A DNA stretch of 64,000 nucleotides, from the NCBI GenBank assembly GCA_964016885.1, contig OZ024741.1:293074001-293138000 (forward strand), read 5' to 3'. Under the pieces are notes generated by a model. The model was not told the origin of the DNA and made no database searches. It saw only the letters and a program-made list of their open reading frames with translations. The translations under genes and the position numbers were made by a program. Source of the DNA: Eledone cirrhosa. Its lineage: Eukaryota. This document shows, piece after piece, positions 1 through 15,197 of the stretch (positions are counted from its first letter, which is position 1; every line of letters begins with the position of its first letter).

Positions 1-148
1 TACGGGTTTGATAAAATAAAGCACCAGTAACGTACTGGGGTCGACTTAATCGACTTTCCTCTTGCCCCAAATTACTGGCCTTGTGCCTATAGTAGAAACC
101 ATTATTACTATTAATATTATTATTAGTATTACTATTATTATTATTATT
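1..148 (+). mobile_element. 3' fragment of tRNA-derived SINE family 1 with (ATT)n tail
   Basis: GATAAAATAAAGCACCAG...CTGGCCTTGTGCCTATAGTAGAAAC followed by (ATT)n; matches the 3' half of the copy at 157-349. Confidence 0.75.
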
Positions 149-156
149 CCGACAAT

Positions 157-349
157 GGGTGGATTGGCAGTATCGGTGGAGGGTCGGACGCCATGCTTTC
201 CTGCATAGTTACATCCCTTTACAAGCTGAGTTCAAATCCAGCCCAGGTTAACTTTGCCTTTCATCTTTACGGGGTCGATAAAATAAAGTACCAATAATGT
301 ACTGGAATAGTTGCTGGCCTTGTGCCTAAAGTAGAAACAATTATTATTC
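157..349 (+). mobile_element. tRNA-derived SINE family 1
   Basis: A-box-like TGGCAGTATCGGT, B-box GAGTTCAAATCC, core GCCTTTCATCTTTACGGGGTCGATAAAATAAAGTACC and ATT tail; at least 5 copies in the window. Confidence 0.85.
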
Positions 350-750
350 CAACAATCTACCATTTCTTCCAGTACACATCTCACTCAATGTTAAATATTG
401 ATTTGTAACATTTTATCTCTAAATATATTGATTTCTAACCAGATAAAATATGGGGAAATGTAACTTGTCTCATACTCAATCATTTCCAGCAACCATCTCA
501 GAGTTATTTCTTGTATTATATTTCTTTTATTTCTATTCCATTTTGCAAAGAATAGGCATCATAGGTTAGAGGATTGCAACAGGAAAATCTTTGGTTCACT
601 GCCCTTTATGATGATGAAAGTGGCATGAGAGAGCATCTGTGTAATTCGGGCGGAACATATACAACTGGTTTATTGGATTTCTCTCACTGATGAGTACAGC
701 TTTCGCTACTATAAAGAAAGAGAAAGAATGATATATATATATATATATAT

Positions 751-3390
751 CATCATCATCATCATCATCATCGTTTAACGTCCATCTTCCACGCTTGCAT
801 GGGATTGGACGGGAATTTTCCCACTAGAGGCAAGATTGGTTGTCTTGCTTGCATAGGACTGTCTGGCGGGTTTTCTATGGCTGGATGCCCTTCCTAACAC
901 CAACCACGTTTACAGTGTGGACTGGGAGGTTTTTACCGTGTTGCCTACACGGCCACATTACAGCGTGGACTCTGTTTTTTTGACGTGACACCTACACGAC
1001 CTCATTTATTTCGGACTGGATGTTGTGGTACCAACATAACTTTACATTGAAAGGGTGGTGTGGATGGGGTGGGGGTAGTGGGACGGGGGTGTATTATGTT
1101 AGAGGTGCCTACTGACTGTAGTAGGTTTCACTTTGCACTTAGGTAAGGTGGGTCTTCACTATTACTGTGTAGCGCCAAAGATCTCGGTCCAGTGACATTG
1201 TCTTGGAGAGGTGTAAGTGTGAAGTTGGAATTTATCAAGTCGTCCCAGGTTTTTCTGGGTCTGCCTACTCCGTGGCTACAGTCTATTTTTATCGTCCTGC
1301 TCATTTTTATACAGCTGTCGTCTTTCATGCGCATCATGTGACCATACCAACGTAGTCTTCTCGCGAGTAAACAACATCTGATTCCTCTTATTCCTAATTT
1401 CTCCCTTAGTTCATTTATGCTTTGCCGTTCACGTATATTACTATTACACATCCAATGGAGCATGCAAGCTTCGTTCCTCTCCAGTCTGTGTATATCCTCT
1501 GCACACAATGCCCAAGTCTCACTGCCATGTAACATTGCTGTTCATATGCAGGCATCATACAGCCTGCCTTTCATTTTTAGAGAGAAACCTTTAGCGGCCA
1601 ATAGTGGTATAAGCTCTCTGAACTTTTTTCATCCCGTTCTGACTCTAGCAACTGTAGTTTCAGAGCACCCTCCACCACTGCTGATTTTGTCACCCAGGTA
1701 ACGGAAGGTGTCCACTATTTCTATAGAACCATCTGTGCAATGGAATGAGCTAGTATTCTGTGGGCACTTGCTGCTACTTATTGCACCTGAGCACCGGCCA
1801 CATATAAAATCTATATTCTTAGTTAGCTTACCTGTGATCCCACTACATCATTTATGCACCCATACTTTGCATTTGGGACATAAAATGGAGTTTCTGCCTA
1901 CTCCTTTCCTACACACTGAGCATGGCCATTTCCCAGATGGGACCAGTGCCCTATTTTCCTTCCTACAAACTAGAACTTTAGTCCTAGACAGGTTAATTTT
2001 AAGGCCTTTTGATTCTAGGCCATGCTTCCATGTTTGGAATTTCTTCTCTAGTTCAGCCATTGATTCAGCTATGAGCATTAGATCATCTGCGTTTAGGAGT
2101 TCCCATGGGCAGCCGGTCTTGAACTCCTCTGTTATAGCCTGAAGGGCAATAATAAATAGTAGGGGGCTAAGGACGGAACCCTGATGAACACCAACTTTTA
2201 CGCTAAACTCTTCACTATATTCGTTGTTAATTTTAACTTTGCTGACTGTTTCTTTATATATGGCTTGTATAGCTCTTACAAGCCATTCATCAACACCTTG
2301 TTTTCTGAGAGCCCACCAGATAATGGGGCGTGGGACTCTGTCAAAGGCTTTCTCCAAGTCAACAAAAGCTAAGTATAGGGGTTTACTTTTAGCTAGGTAC
2401 TTCTCCTGTAGTTGTCTTACAATGAAAAGAGCATCTGTGGTACTTTTACCTGACACAAACCCGAACTGCATTTCATCTAGATCAATTTGCTCTCTGATTA
2501 GTTGCGCTATTACTTTTTCTGTGACCTTCATGACCTGGTCAATTAATTTAATGCCTCTATAGTTTAACCTATCTAGGGCATCTCCTTTACCCTTGTAGCA
2601 GTTAATGATGATGCTGCTACGCCAGTCCTTCGGAACGACCCCATTCTGTATGACTTGGTTTACTATCCGGGTGACCATAGTGTGTCCCACCGTTCCAGAT
2701 GCTTTCAGCATTTTGGCAACTATTTCCAAAGGCCCAGCCACCTTGCCTGTCTTCATATCTTTGATCGCCTTACTTATTATACTACCTTCAATTTGCACTG
2801 CTGGTCCCTCTATTGGATCGATGTGGGGGAGACTTTTTTCTCCCATTTATTCTCCTCATTTAGTAGCCTTTCGTAGTGACACTTCCAAGCTACTTTCTTA
2901 TCAGCGTCAGTGATGGCAAGTACACCATCATCATTTAGGACACACTTCTCCCCGACAATATCATGGTTTTCCTTGACACATTGCCTAGCAATCCTGAACA
3001 TCTCACGTTTTTGGTCCTCGCATTGTAGAACATGCTTGAACTTTCTTTCCTCTGCTTCCCTTCTTGCGAAGTACACTTGTCTCCTAGCTTCCCTCCTGGC
3101 CACTTGATAGTCTTCTCTAGTTCCTCCATCCCGCCATACTTTCCAAGCCTGCTTTTTGGCCTTGATTGACTCCTCCACCTTACTGTTCCACCACCAAGTT
3201 ACTCTCCTCCTGCCTATAGGTCTGCTCCAGCCACAGGTTTCATCTGTCGCCTTCAGCAGGTTACCTTTCAGGAATTCCCACTGTTCCTCTATATTGTACG
3301 ACTCTAATTGCTCTTCCTTACTATCAAAAGCATCAAGTAATATGCTTTTGAAATTATTACTGGCTGTGGGGTCCTTTAGCTTCCATATTT
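751..3390 (-). mobile_element. RTE-clade LINE, 5'-truncated and frameshifted (subfamily A, long 3'UTR)
   Basis: ORFs 2810-3454, 1848-2846 and 1128-1535 give RT motifs ([26 protein letters not shown] for YADD) and RTE C-terminal RLRWYGH/GRPRKTW; (GAT)n tail at 751-772; (TA)n on both sides. Confidence 0.92.
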
Positions 3391-3604
3391 TTATATATAT
3401 ATATATATATATATAGGCACATCCTTGTTTTATGGATTTGTGAAATAAATACACTAAATATGCATGGTTTGGAGGACTTAAACACTGTGCATGGAGTTAA
3501 AATAATATTTAATAATAATACCAATGCCCTCATGCTAGTGTGTAAAGCAAATCTGAAAACAATGATGTTACTACAAGTTTCTCAAAATACCAAATGCTGG
3601 TCCT

Positions 3605-3641
<37 letters not shown>

Positions 3642-3859
3642 GTCTGTGTGTGCATAATAAACAACACAATATAATTATTCCATTACCAAATTTTCGGGAA
3701 ACTAGACGATTCTTACAGAAACGTCCAGTCCGTTTGTCAGACAAGATAATTATTTTGTTGTTTAATATGTAATTAAATAGTTCTATACAATACATCGAGC
3801 ACTCGTCTTTCTTTTATCTTTTCTACAGAAATACTTAACACACACACACACACACACGC

Positions 3860-3902
<43 letters not shown>

Positions 3903-4373
3903 AGGACCAGCATTTGGTAGTTTAATTTTGTGATGAACTGGCATCCTGTCTAGGGGGTTTTTTTGTACTCAGTTGCTTAATATTGAAGAAATTGGGATAA
4001 GCACCTTTCTGATGAGTCTCCAGGCTTGGAATGGACTTTAATTTTCTTCTTTAACTAGAAGAAGAGCAGTGCGCATGTTCCTTTTCAAGGCTTCTAAAAT
4101 TGGTAAGCGAAAGGAAGGCAGGTATCCTCAAATTAGAGACCTGACTTAAATGCTTGCAATAGAGTGGATAGCAGTAAAGGCACCAAAGGGCCAAATGGTG
4201 GTGTTAAACCAGGTGACAGATTAACTCTACTACCCAGGTAAGCCACAGTTAGATTTGAGCTCAGTGTGCAAAAAGCCTAACTCAAGGCTTCCTGTTAGAC
4301 ACTAATAATTTTGCTAATTTAGTGACAGGTAAATTGATCCCAGCAAGGTTTAAATTCGCCAAAGTAAATATCA

Positions 4374-4630
4374 TGAAGGCACATGGCCTAGTGGTAAGTG
4401 TGTTGAACTTAAGATCATAATCTTGTGGGTTTGATTCAGTGACTGGGTTGTGTGTTCTATTCTTGAGCAAAACACTTCATTTCACATTGCTCCAGTACAA
4501 TCAGCTGAAAATTAGTACCAGCAATAGCTGGAGATTTAACCCTGCAATGGACTGGCATCCTGTTCAAGGGGATGTCTTGTACTCTCCATCAGCACTGGCA
4601 TGATGACCCTTTGGAATTGAGACAGACTTA
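4374..4630 (+). mobile_element. tRNA-derived SINE family 2
   Basis: TGGCCTAGTGGT A box, degenerate B box, TTCTTGAGCAAAACACTTCATTTCAC core, CCTGCAATGGACTGGCATCCTGT module; homologous to 31020-31285 (-). Confidence 0.7.
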
Positions 4631-6050
4631 GAAAGTAAATATCAGAGGACATTTGTTCTGATGTGATTTGATATTTTAACTCCTGTTCTCATGTTTATTT
4701 CATTTCGTCTATGTATTGTATGTCTGCACAAGTACTTTTCACACGAACACATTTTCTTTTGATCCAAGTTTAGCCATTAATTGAATAAAAAAAGAGAAAG
4801 TTTGAATCCCATTCTGAAACAATATTTTTGAGACCAAAATAATGCAAAACAAAGCAATGGCAATAATTGTAAAGCATCCATCTAAAATGATGTAAAAATC
4901 AACAACTGATGTTGGTTTCTACTTCAGATAAAATTAATGAAGGAAATAGTTTTATAGATATTTCATTTTAAATTTGTTTAAAATGTTGTTGTTGAAGCCA
5001 TATCTGGAGGAAACATTCAGACATTTCATAAGTAAAACAATAGTTAAAATACAGGTGGGATATTTTCATTAAAAACTTTCAAAGTAAATTCTTATATAAA
5101 TGAAACACCTGCATTGTTGGTGCCATTTCTGCTGGTTGCTTCATTATAACACCTGCTCTGTTGTCTAAACTAAGTGTAACAGCTTGTTTCCAAGAACATA
5201 CTCTTCAGTTTAAATAATCATCCCCCTGACTCTTATTAATTTTTCAGAGCCCACCACCACCACCATCTATTAAATTTGGCTAAACTACTTCCAGCAAAAT
5301 TTTATTTTAACTTGTAGAATTACTGTGACAATTAATTTTCTTTATACATTAAAAAACAGTATACATGGGTAAAGCAGTATATTACTAGAAATTCCATACA
5401 TTATAAAATAAATAGGATGGGTCGGGGTCTCAATATGTAAATTAAATGACTAATTCAGGTTTTTTTTTAAATCAACAGAGAAAATCAAAAAAAATTACAA
5501 ATTTTGCACCACCTTCCCTGCTTATTCCAGCTCCCCTACATATGCCCCCCCCCCCTTATTATTTGCGACACAAGAGTAGGTATTTATTTAGGCTGGCAAT
5601 GTTATACTGTCCCTCTATCCTTATTATCATCATCATTATTATTTTACATGCTGACATGGGTTTGATGGAATGTCATAGTCTAAGACGAGACATGTTAAAG
5701 AACCACATGTTCCGTATCTAAAAGAAAAATATATCAACAAAAGAAAACACATGGGATGGACCACAACAAAACAGACCAAGCTCATTAGCTGATGTTAGGA
5801 AGGGCATCCAGGCATAAAAAAAACATAGCAAAAATGGAACACATAAGCAGGAATACTGTATCAGAATAAAAACTGACACAAACTGTGATGTCATGTCCAA
5901 CTCATGCCAGCTTGGAAATGAAGATGTAAAATGATTTTAATGGTAGTGGTAGTGATAATGCTGGTGCTTCTGCAGTTGTTGCAGGGTGACATTAATGATG
6001 ATAATGATAGGGGGGGAGGGTGATAGTGGTGTGGATGCTGATGAGAGTGT

Positions 6051-6369
6051 TGTTGATGTTAGTGATGGTGATGATGGGGGTGTTGCTGATAGCGGTGTGA
6101 ATGGCGATGGGGATAGTGTTGATGGTGATAGGTGTTAATGGAGCAGGTGATTGCCATGATGATGGTGATGGGGTTGGTGTTGATGGTGGTGGTGATGCTG
6201 CAGGTGAAGCTGTTGATGTTAGTGATGGTGATGATGGGGGTGTTGCTGATAGCGGTGTGAATGGCGATGGGGATAGTGTTGATGGTGATAGGTGTTAATG
6301 GAGCAGGTGATTGCCATGATGATGGTGATGGGGTTGGTGTTGATGGTGGTGGTGATGCTGCAGGTGAAG
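6051..6369. repeat. 160-bp tandem duplication of GAT/GGT-rich low-complexity sequence
   Basis: TGTTGATGTTAGTGATGGTGATGATGGGGG starts at 6051 and again at 6211; units near-identical. Confidence 0.9.
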
Positions 6370-8778
6370 GTGATACTAATGATGATGGTGAGAGTGGTCT
6401 TGATGCTGTCAGTGATGATGATGATGATAATCTACATTGTAAGTGATTTCTACATTATCTTGAAACACTAATATAAGTTTATTTAACACATCATCAAGAT
6501 CCTTTTTCCTTCCCCTTTCCTCTTTCTACCTGACTCCAAGAGATTCATAATTAAGGAGTCACTAGCAAGAAGACTTGAACTCAAGGGAGCTATATTTGCA
6601 CCAATTAAATGAAAACATTGATTGTTTAATTCTGTCGTTATCATCTAATCTGATACCAAGTAGATTTATTCTGGAATTTCCTGAAACACAAAAGCTTTGT
6701 TTCTTTCTTTTTCTCCTTTGAGAAATTGTTATTGAGGTTACTGTTGTTGCTTTTTACTACTATTGTTGTTGTTGTTGCTTCATTACTATTCACTCATTAG
6801 AGAAATTTATATCAACTCCAAATCCTGTTGACGAATATAATTATACAGAGAAAATTATCTCAAGATAATTCGATAATTAAGATGTTACTTCTACTAATAA
6901 TAATGTTGATGATGATGATGATGATTACAGTATGAATAATAATCCTTTTGTACATAGACGCAAGGCCAGAAATTTGAAGGAAATGGTTAGTTGATTAAAG
7001 TGATTTTGCATCTGTTTTCTATGCTATGAGTTGGACAGACCATCACATATACAGTCAGTTCTTATTTGGAGTTACTACATTCTTACATGGGCTGGAGGAC
7101 CACTTTTCATATTCTAGTTTTGGCATGCTTTCTATAGCTGGATTCCTTTTCTAACACTTTCTAACACTAACAATTTTGCAGAGTATGATGGGTGCATTTT
7201 ATCATGAAATATACTGCTTTGATTTTTAATTAGTTTTTTAAATAATCAAAATGTTAAATATAACATTTTTATTATTATATTTGTATTTAGAATATAACTT
7301 ATGAAAAGGTTCTTACTAAAAATTATAACAAAGTTTAAATTCAAACTTCATCATTATCATTGTGACACAGTCAAACATTCTTGACAAAGTCTCTGCATAA
7401 ATCACAAATTTTCTTTTGTTCCTGAAAACTGCTCCTTACTGGGGTTTGTATCATCTGAGAGTTTGTATGTGAGTTGGTTCCCACAATACTAGCTTGCATA
7501 TAACTTTCTGCTTACTTCTTCAGCAATGTCCTGCAAATTATAGCTGTCTTTGAGCAATTGTAGTTGTTGGGCAAACTTTCATTTGTGATACAGTCATTAG
7601 AATTTACAGTCATTAGAATTTAAACATAAGCACTTTAAAACAGGCAATGTTTCCTTCATACAGGCTGGAGCAGTTTCAGATGGGTTGGTCTCATCAAATG
7701 GATTAATGAGTTATTTGATGACTGCTGATAGTTTTGCCAGTAAAAACTCATCCATTTCTGTATATTAGCAACAAAACAAAGAGTAAATTAAATAAGTCAA
7801 GCAGAAGCTAGACTCAAATTACTGGATGTTTATCAACACTCAAAGGAGCTTGTTGCAACTTATATAAAAACTCACCACCTCTGCCCACCCACCAAAAAAG
7901 AAAAAGAATAACAGAAATAATTTATTTGAACAACTACTATTTCATGTTTTCTTGAAATAACCTAACTTTTAGAAGAAAAAAAAAAGTAAAAAGGTGCAGA
8001 AAATGATAAATATATATTCGAGTTCTGAGAAATTTTCAAATATTTAATGAAATGGAGACTTTAGAATTGTTTGAAGATAGTTTACTTTTATAAACTAAAA
8101 AGAACAAATCAAAATGCAACAAGCAACAATATTTTATCGTCTTTACTCTTTCCTTCTTCCTTGCTTGGCAACATTCCAATAAAATATTTATAAAGGAAGC
8201 AAAAAAAAAAGAAGCTGAATCTACAAAAAAAAAAAAATTAAAATTAAAATAAAAAAAAATCAATGAATAAATTAATTTATTGGGTTTTTCTTGGCAACTA
8301 CTCTAAGTCACACACAAGAGAAACGACATCGTCAATATTATACACTCAAACCAGATTAAGAGATTGAAATTAATCTGTGATCAAAGAAGGGTCATGTTGA
8401 GGAAATTATATATAGAAAAATGATACAGATAAAAAATATATATAAACTTTGTTGTAAAAACATTTCTTTACTCATTCAAGATGGAAGATTGAAGATTTGT
8501 TCATCACAAAAAATGAAAAGATGCTAGAAATAAAACATAATAATTTAAGAGGTGCAGTAAAAGATAAATGCAGATGGTGTCAAAATAAGCATTCTTTGGT
8601 TTGCTAGCAGATGTTTCTTCCATGTCCTTCAGAAAAATTATGCTACAGAAATAGGCACCGTTATGTCTGAATTGTTAGAATGTGATAGAGCTGAAGAAAA
8701 GTTGTGAGTGTGTATGTATATATGCATGTGTGTATGTATATAAATATATATATATATATATATATGCATGTGTGTATG

Positions 8779-8820
<42 letters not shown>

Positions 8821-11800
8821 CACACATATATATATGTGTGTGTGTGTGTGTGTGCATTTATGTATATATATATATATATATCTGTATATATTCATTTATG
8901 TATACATATATGGATTTATGTGTATATATATATATATGCACATTTATATATATGCATGTGTGTGTGTGGAAAGGAAAGCTTGATAAAATCATTTAGTTGA
9001 ATATAACTCCTATCAGAACATTGTAATAATTTATCTCTGGGTAAAATATTTGTTAATATTTATGTATAGACACACACACATACACACACGAGAGAGTATA
9101 TATGTGTATGTATGTATATACATATATTGAGTCAACGTCTTTCATCCATTTCAGGTCAATTAAAAATGTACCAGTCAAATACTGGGGTTGATTCTTCCTC
9201 TATATCTCTTTCTCACTTCTGTTCTCTCATTTTCTATCCTTCTCTGGAAGAAATCTGCTGTATTCAAACCTAGACAGGAGATGAGCTCTGCCAAGTTTTA
9301 AAAAAGGCTATAGAAACGCTGTATGTCAATATGGCACCCTACAATTCCCTCAGGAGTTACGGCACCATGCATGCATATACATGTAAATATGTGCAGGAAT
9401 GGTTGTGAGTTTAAGGAGTTTGCTTTATGTGTTTTCTGGCTTCATCATATTTAGATGCTATGTCAGTTTTAGAGCTTACTGCATAAGTAAGTATTCTACA
9501 TAATAGCATTTGATAATAATTTTGTTAAAGTTTGTCTGGGGCTCATCGCAGTTTCATTGGTGTTAAGCAACTCAGAGCACAAAACTTACCCCTGGAAGAG
9601 TGTTAGTCTATCTCATATAGCCCACTCTTTTGATAATTATAAGAAATTTCCTCTAAAATATTTAACTGCTATAGCAAATGTTTCAAAATATTTATGTTGA
9701 TTTACAGAATTTCACTGAACCTTAATAGTTCCTATATAATATGTATTTTAATAATTATATTAAATTTCTTCTATAAGATTTTAGTAACTGGCTACATTGT
9801 ACAGGTCTCAATATGAATACATTGATACATAGTTCATTGTTTGTCTCATGAGAGGGTTATATTTTGATCTTAGTACATTGTGTATTTATCACATTAGTTC
9901 ATATATGATCTGTTCTTTCAATAATTGTCGGGAAATTTCTTCTAAAAAAATTCAGTAGTATATCGAACATATTGAAATGACTACATTGATACATAGAAGT
10001 TCTTTCACTGACCCTTAAAGTGGTTACATTACAAGCTTAGTACATTGGTTTCCCCAATTTGAAATAGGTTAACATATAAGAAAAGGAGATGACACTTCCT
10101 GCTAAGTTCTAGTTCGTTCATTGGAAAAATATTTCTGAAAACAACACATCTAAACTCGTTTATTCTGATTGGAGTCTATTTTTTTATTTGATTTACACAA
10201 ATCTATTTTCTGTTCCTGTTTCTGTGTCAGAATATAAAGTAAATAAAACTAATGTCCTCAGTTGCATTACACAATTTCACTCTGAACAAATGTGTTTATC
10301 CACACGGAAATAATGGAATAATGTGCTTTTAACATTGATGTGTGTTGCACGGGGCTTGTGTGTGCGTGTGTGTGTGTTAGTGAATGTTTGCAGTGTGTGA
10401 GTGTGACTCTATATGTGTGTGTGATTATGTGTTAAATATCTGATTGTATATGTGTGAGAATGGTTGTATATATATGTGTATGTGTGTTTATTTATTAACA
10501 TCTGTGTGTGTATTTATGAGTATGTGTGATTTTGTATTAGATATTATTAAATGTGTTAGGTGCATGTGTGAGTTTGTATATAGCTCTCTGAATATGTATG
10601 TGCGTGTGTGTGTCCAAGTTTGTATGCATCACATATCCTAGATTGTTATATAAAAGTACTTGTGAGAATTGTGTATGTATAAAAAAGATAGAGAAGAGAG
10701 GGAGAGAGTGTGTGTGTGGGTGTATGTATTAATTTGTTGTACACTTGAAGCATATCCTGAACATGTGTGTAAAATATGTTTCGGAGGTTACTTGTGTGTT
10801 TCGGAGGTTACTTGTTAAGAAAGGTGTATATATACAGTAGTGACTGTTTTTAAAAGTTTTGCATGCATATGATTATGAGGGTTGTTGTTTAACCACATGT
10901 AAGCCATGAGTGAGTAAACCAATGATGTCTCTGACCATTCTTCTTTTTCAATGCTAGCATTGGAAGCAGAGATAGAAGGATGAGGAGTATAGGAATGAGT
11001 ATATTGAAGAGTATAGGAATGAGTATATTGTGTGATTTCTTTTCAGCTGATAGTGATGTTTGATGGAGATTTGGGTGTTATTTCAAGTGAATTCATAGAG
11101 GTTTTTTAGTTAGTATGAATGTACTTATGTATGAATCCAAGGTGCAATCTATAAATTGTAATCAAAGGATCTACATGAAACTTGTGGGAAATACGTTCAT
11201 ATGACAGCACAACCATCACACACACGCCTTTAAATTTGGAAATAAAAAAAAAATTCCACATATGTCTCCATCTCTTGAGCCTGAAGGTAAGAGGAGTCAA
11301 CAACACTGAAATATCCTGATTCAATATCAAAACTGCAATTATCTTCTACCTATCTATACAATATAACAAGCTCTTGTTTTTCAAGATGCTGAACAAAAGA
11401 TGAAAGTAAGTATAGAAGTGTCTCTTAAAGGATCATTTTTCCAACTATAAATTTGATATTATTCATGTATAGATGGATTTAACAGTGTAAGAACTTCTTT
11501 CACAATACAATTTCTGCAAATATTACCTCCTTATCATCTTGAAAATAGGTGAATATACCTAATAAAATCATCCAGAAAAGACAGAATTTTCACTGCTTGA
11601 TTGCTGGGTAGAATTATATAAATTCACATGGTCCACCAAACCTGAACTACTCCAGGTCCCCCATGGTCAGATCCTGGTTCTGGCATTCTTTATTGCATGT
11701 GTTAGATGCCAGTTCTTATTTGGAGTTGTTACCCTCCTGGCAGGGTCATGGGACTACATCTTTCTCATGCATTCCATTTTTGGCATGGTTACTATGTTCT

Positions 11801-12631
11801 CTCCATCTATCCAACCACCATCCATCCATTCATCCACTGATTTAATCATCTATGTTATCTATCCATTTATACACATAGACACACATAATTATATATATTC
11901 ACATTTAAAATAAAAAATATACATATAATTATTCACATGTCGACATGCAAATACAAATGTTCAGAAAACCACATATACACACATGCATATGCATGTACAG
12001 TATAAAATTAGGCAGACATGGTATAGGCAATGCATTGTTTTAGGATGTATTCATGAAAATCAATTTGGAAAATGAGAATGGGAAGAACTGGTGGGCTGTT
12101 TGGCCTTCAACAGGTCAGACAAGCCTGTTACATTGATATCAACTGGAGATAATGGGGAACAATGTCATAGCTTGTTAGCTTTGAACTGTACTGAACAATA
12201 TTCCTTCAAGGAATTGTTAGTGTAGTGAAAAGAAAACCTGGTCTAACAGGCTACAGCCAGAATATGGTGAAAGGGTGTGAGTAGGAGGGAAGGGAGGGGG
12301 GAGGAGAAGTAGTAGTAGGAAAGAAGGAGGGAGGAAAAGAGGAAGAAAAAAACTAATCAATATACAAAGTAAATGAACATTGTTATTTCTAGGTGCACTT
12401 GGTGAATGCACAGCAGGAAGCATGATGGGCTTAGAAAGAAATGAGAAAAGAGAGAAGGTAGAGTGAGAAAGAGAGAGAGAGAGAGAAAGAGGGAGTGAAA
12501 GAGATAACTGTTGAAAGGTGGTAGGAAGGAAGGAAGGGGAGAGAGGAAAACTATATCAGGCAAATTTAGATGATTGGCTAATTAAAATGCAAAAGAAAAA
12601 ATAACAATATTATATATATATATATACACAT

Positions 12632-12688
<57 letters not shown>

Positions 12689-12778
12689 TATATAAATGTA
12701 TATATAATATATATATATATACATATATATATATACACACACATATATATATACATATATATATACATATATATATAC

Positions 12779-12842
<64 letters not shown>

Positions 12843-12849
12843 AATATAT

Positions 12850-12888
<39 letters not shown>

Positions 12889-12892
12889 TATA

Positions 12893-12972
<80 letters not shown>

Positions 12973-13414
12973 CATCATATATATATTAACATATAAACAC
13001 GCATAAATATAAACACATATATTGAACGTAAGTAAATATTTTCCTTTTCTTTAACCTGAAACAAATATAAAGAAAGCAGAAAAAAACACTAACAGACTGG
13101 AACTGTTTTAAAATAGCAAGAGTTATATTTATCTCACACATTGTCATCTATGTATGATTAGCCTACAGTCATTAATTCGTAATGATACTGATCACAAATC
13201 ACAGATCAATTGAATGGATTGGAATGACATGAAAGAAACAGATAAACGCATGTAAATGAAGAATAAACAAACAGAAGACAATGCAACAGAAAGAGATCTG
13301 ATCTCTCATCAGATTTTTGTTTCTCATCTCACTATCTTTCTTTCTATAATCCTTTCTGCAATTTCTTTTCGACATCATTTCCTTATATCTCAACCATCCT
13401 TACTCCCATCCATT

Positions 13415-13700
13415 TCACCATCATTTCCACCATCTATACTGTATATTTTCCACATCTCTTCACCATCATTTCCACCATCTATACTCTATATTTTCCACAT
13501 CTCTTCACCATCCTTTCCACCATTTATACTGTATATTTTCCACATCTCTTCGCCATCATTTCCACCATCTATACTGTATATTTTCCACAACTCTTCGCCA
13601 TCATTTCCACCATCTATACTGTATATTTTCCACATCTCTTTGCCATCATTTCCACCATCTATACTGCATATTTTCCACGTCTCTTCACCATCCTTTCCTT
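13415..13700. repeat. 45-bp minisatellite, about 6 copies
   Basis: unit TCACCATCATTTCCACCATCTATACTGTATATTTTCCACATCTCT; explains the repetitive ORF 13256-13858. Confidence 0.9.
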
Positions 13701-15197
13701 ATATCTCAACCATCCTTACTACCATCCATTTCACCAACCTTTCCACCATCTATACTGCATCTTTTTCTCATCTTTTTACCATCCTCATCATCTTTTCTCT
13801 CTCTGGTGTTTTTCGTCATCTTTGCATCTTCCCTTTCACCAATTTTTCCTCAGTTTAGTTTTCATCATCCTCTTCATTATCTCTCTCTATCATCTTTTTC
13901 TCATCTCTGCCATTTTTAATAATGAAATAATTAATAACTTTAGTAAATCCCTCAAAAGTCTTCATTAATTAGTTAAAATAGAGTGTATTTCATTAGAAAT
14001 GCAAGGGTTTTCTGTCTCCTCTTCTGAGATGATCTAATGTTAAGTGTGAAGAATGTTCTTCACATTGAGATACACAACAAAGAAATTAACATGTCCTTTG
14101 GACTGGAGAAATGTAAGGACTAGACAATGAAATGAGCCAGACTGACCAGTAGAGTAATTGATTTGAAAGGTGATGATGATGATGATAGTGGTGGTTGTGG
14201 TAGTAGTGGTAGTTTAATTAGGATATTAAGATGTGTTATGAACTGAAGAAATGTAAGAACATGACAATAAAAAAGGTAAATTCCCTAAAGGGACCAGTGA
14301 TTTAGAAGTCCATGCAAACAATGATATGGTCTGGGTGGTGATGGCAGTGATGATGGTAATGATGATGATATTAAATAGTTTAAGGACATTAAGATGTCCT
14401 TTAGAGTGACAAATTGTAAGAGACTGACAATAAATCAAGGTAGACTAACCAGTGGACCAAGTAATTTAAAAGTCTGTCATGATAATGAGGAGAATGGTGG
14501 TTGTGATGATGATGATGGTGATGAGGATGGTGGTAGTGGTGTTGTTGATGATGGGGGAGTTTGATGGTGGCATTAAACCTTTTGATTTCAAACCCCTTGA
14601 AACAGCCCTTGGTTCTATGATAGGAAAATATTTATTTTAAACTATTTAACTAAAGTCATTCTACCAAAATTCAATGTAAGAAACTTTGTTTTAAATACCA
14701 GCTTGGTTATGAGAAAGTTAGTTATATTACTAAATTCTTCCATTTTTGTTTATTGTTGAAATGGGCCTGTCTGGAAGATCAATAACCACTTGGCCTATAT
14801 TCATGCTTCAGTATTCAGTATTAATGCTTCAGTAATGACTTGTCTATCTAGACCTATCCAACCCTTGCTAGTAAGGAAAGCGGACATTAAAATGATGAAG
14901 ATGATGATACAATCATGGGCAAATCATGGCAGTGTCTTTCATTAGAAATATAGTATTGAAAGGGTGAAACAGTATAACAAGAACATTAGGATGTAATTTG
15001 GACTGAAAAGTATATGAGGCAACAATAAAATTAACTAGACTGACCAGTAGAACAAGTGGTTTGGAAGTCGAGAAATGAGAGATAATAATACAAGAGTTGG
15101 TTGGACAGCATTTGTTAACTTTAAACAGAGGATCAGTAATTTCTTGTAATGAATCATTTATTTATTTCATTTTTTTAGCTTTGCCCATATATATTAT

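Noticed and set aside
157-240. tRNA gene
   Set aside because: A/B boxes are followed by SINE body and tail and the sequence is multi-copy; these are SINE heads
685-725. CTGATGAGTAC possible hammerhead
   Set aside because: No properly placed GAAA, stem III or stem I
1417-2913. Plus-strand ORFs over the LINE
   Set aside because: Antisense shadows of the RTE reading frame
13256-13858. 200-aa ORF
   Set aside because: Produced by a stop-free 45-bp minisatellite and pyrimidine-rich low-complexity DNA
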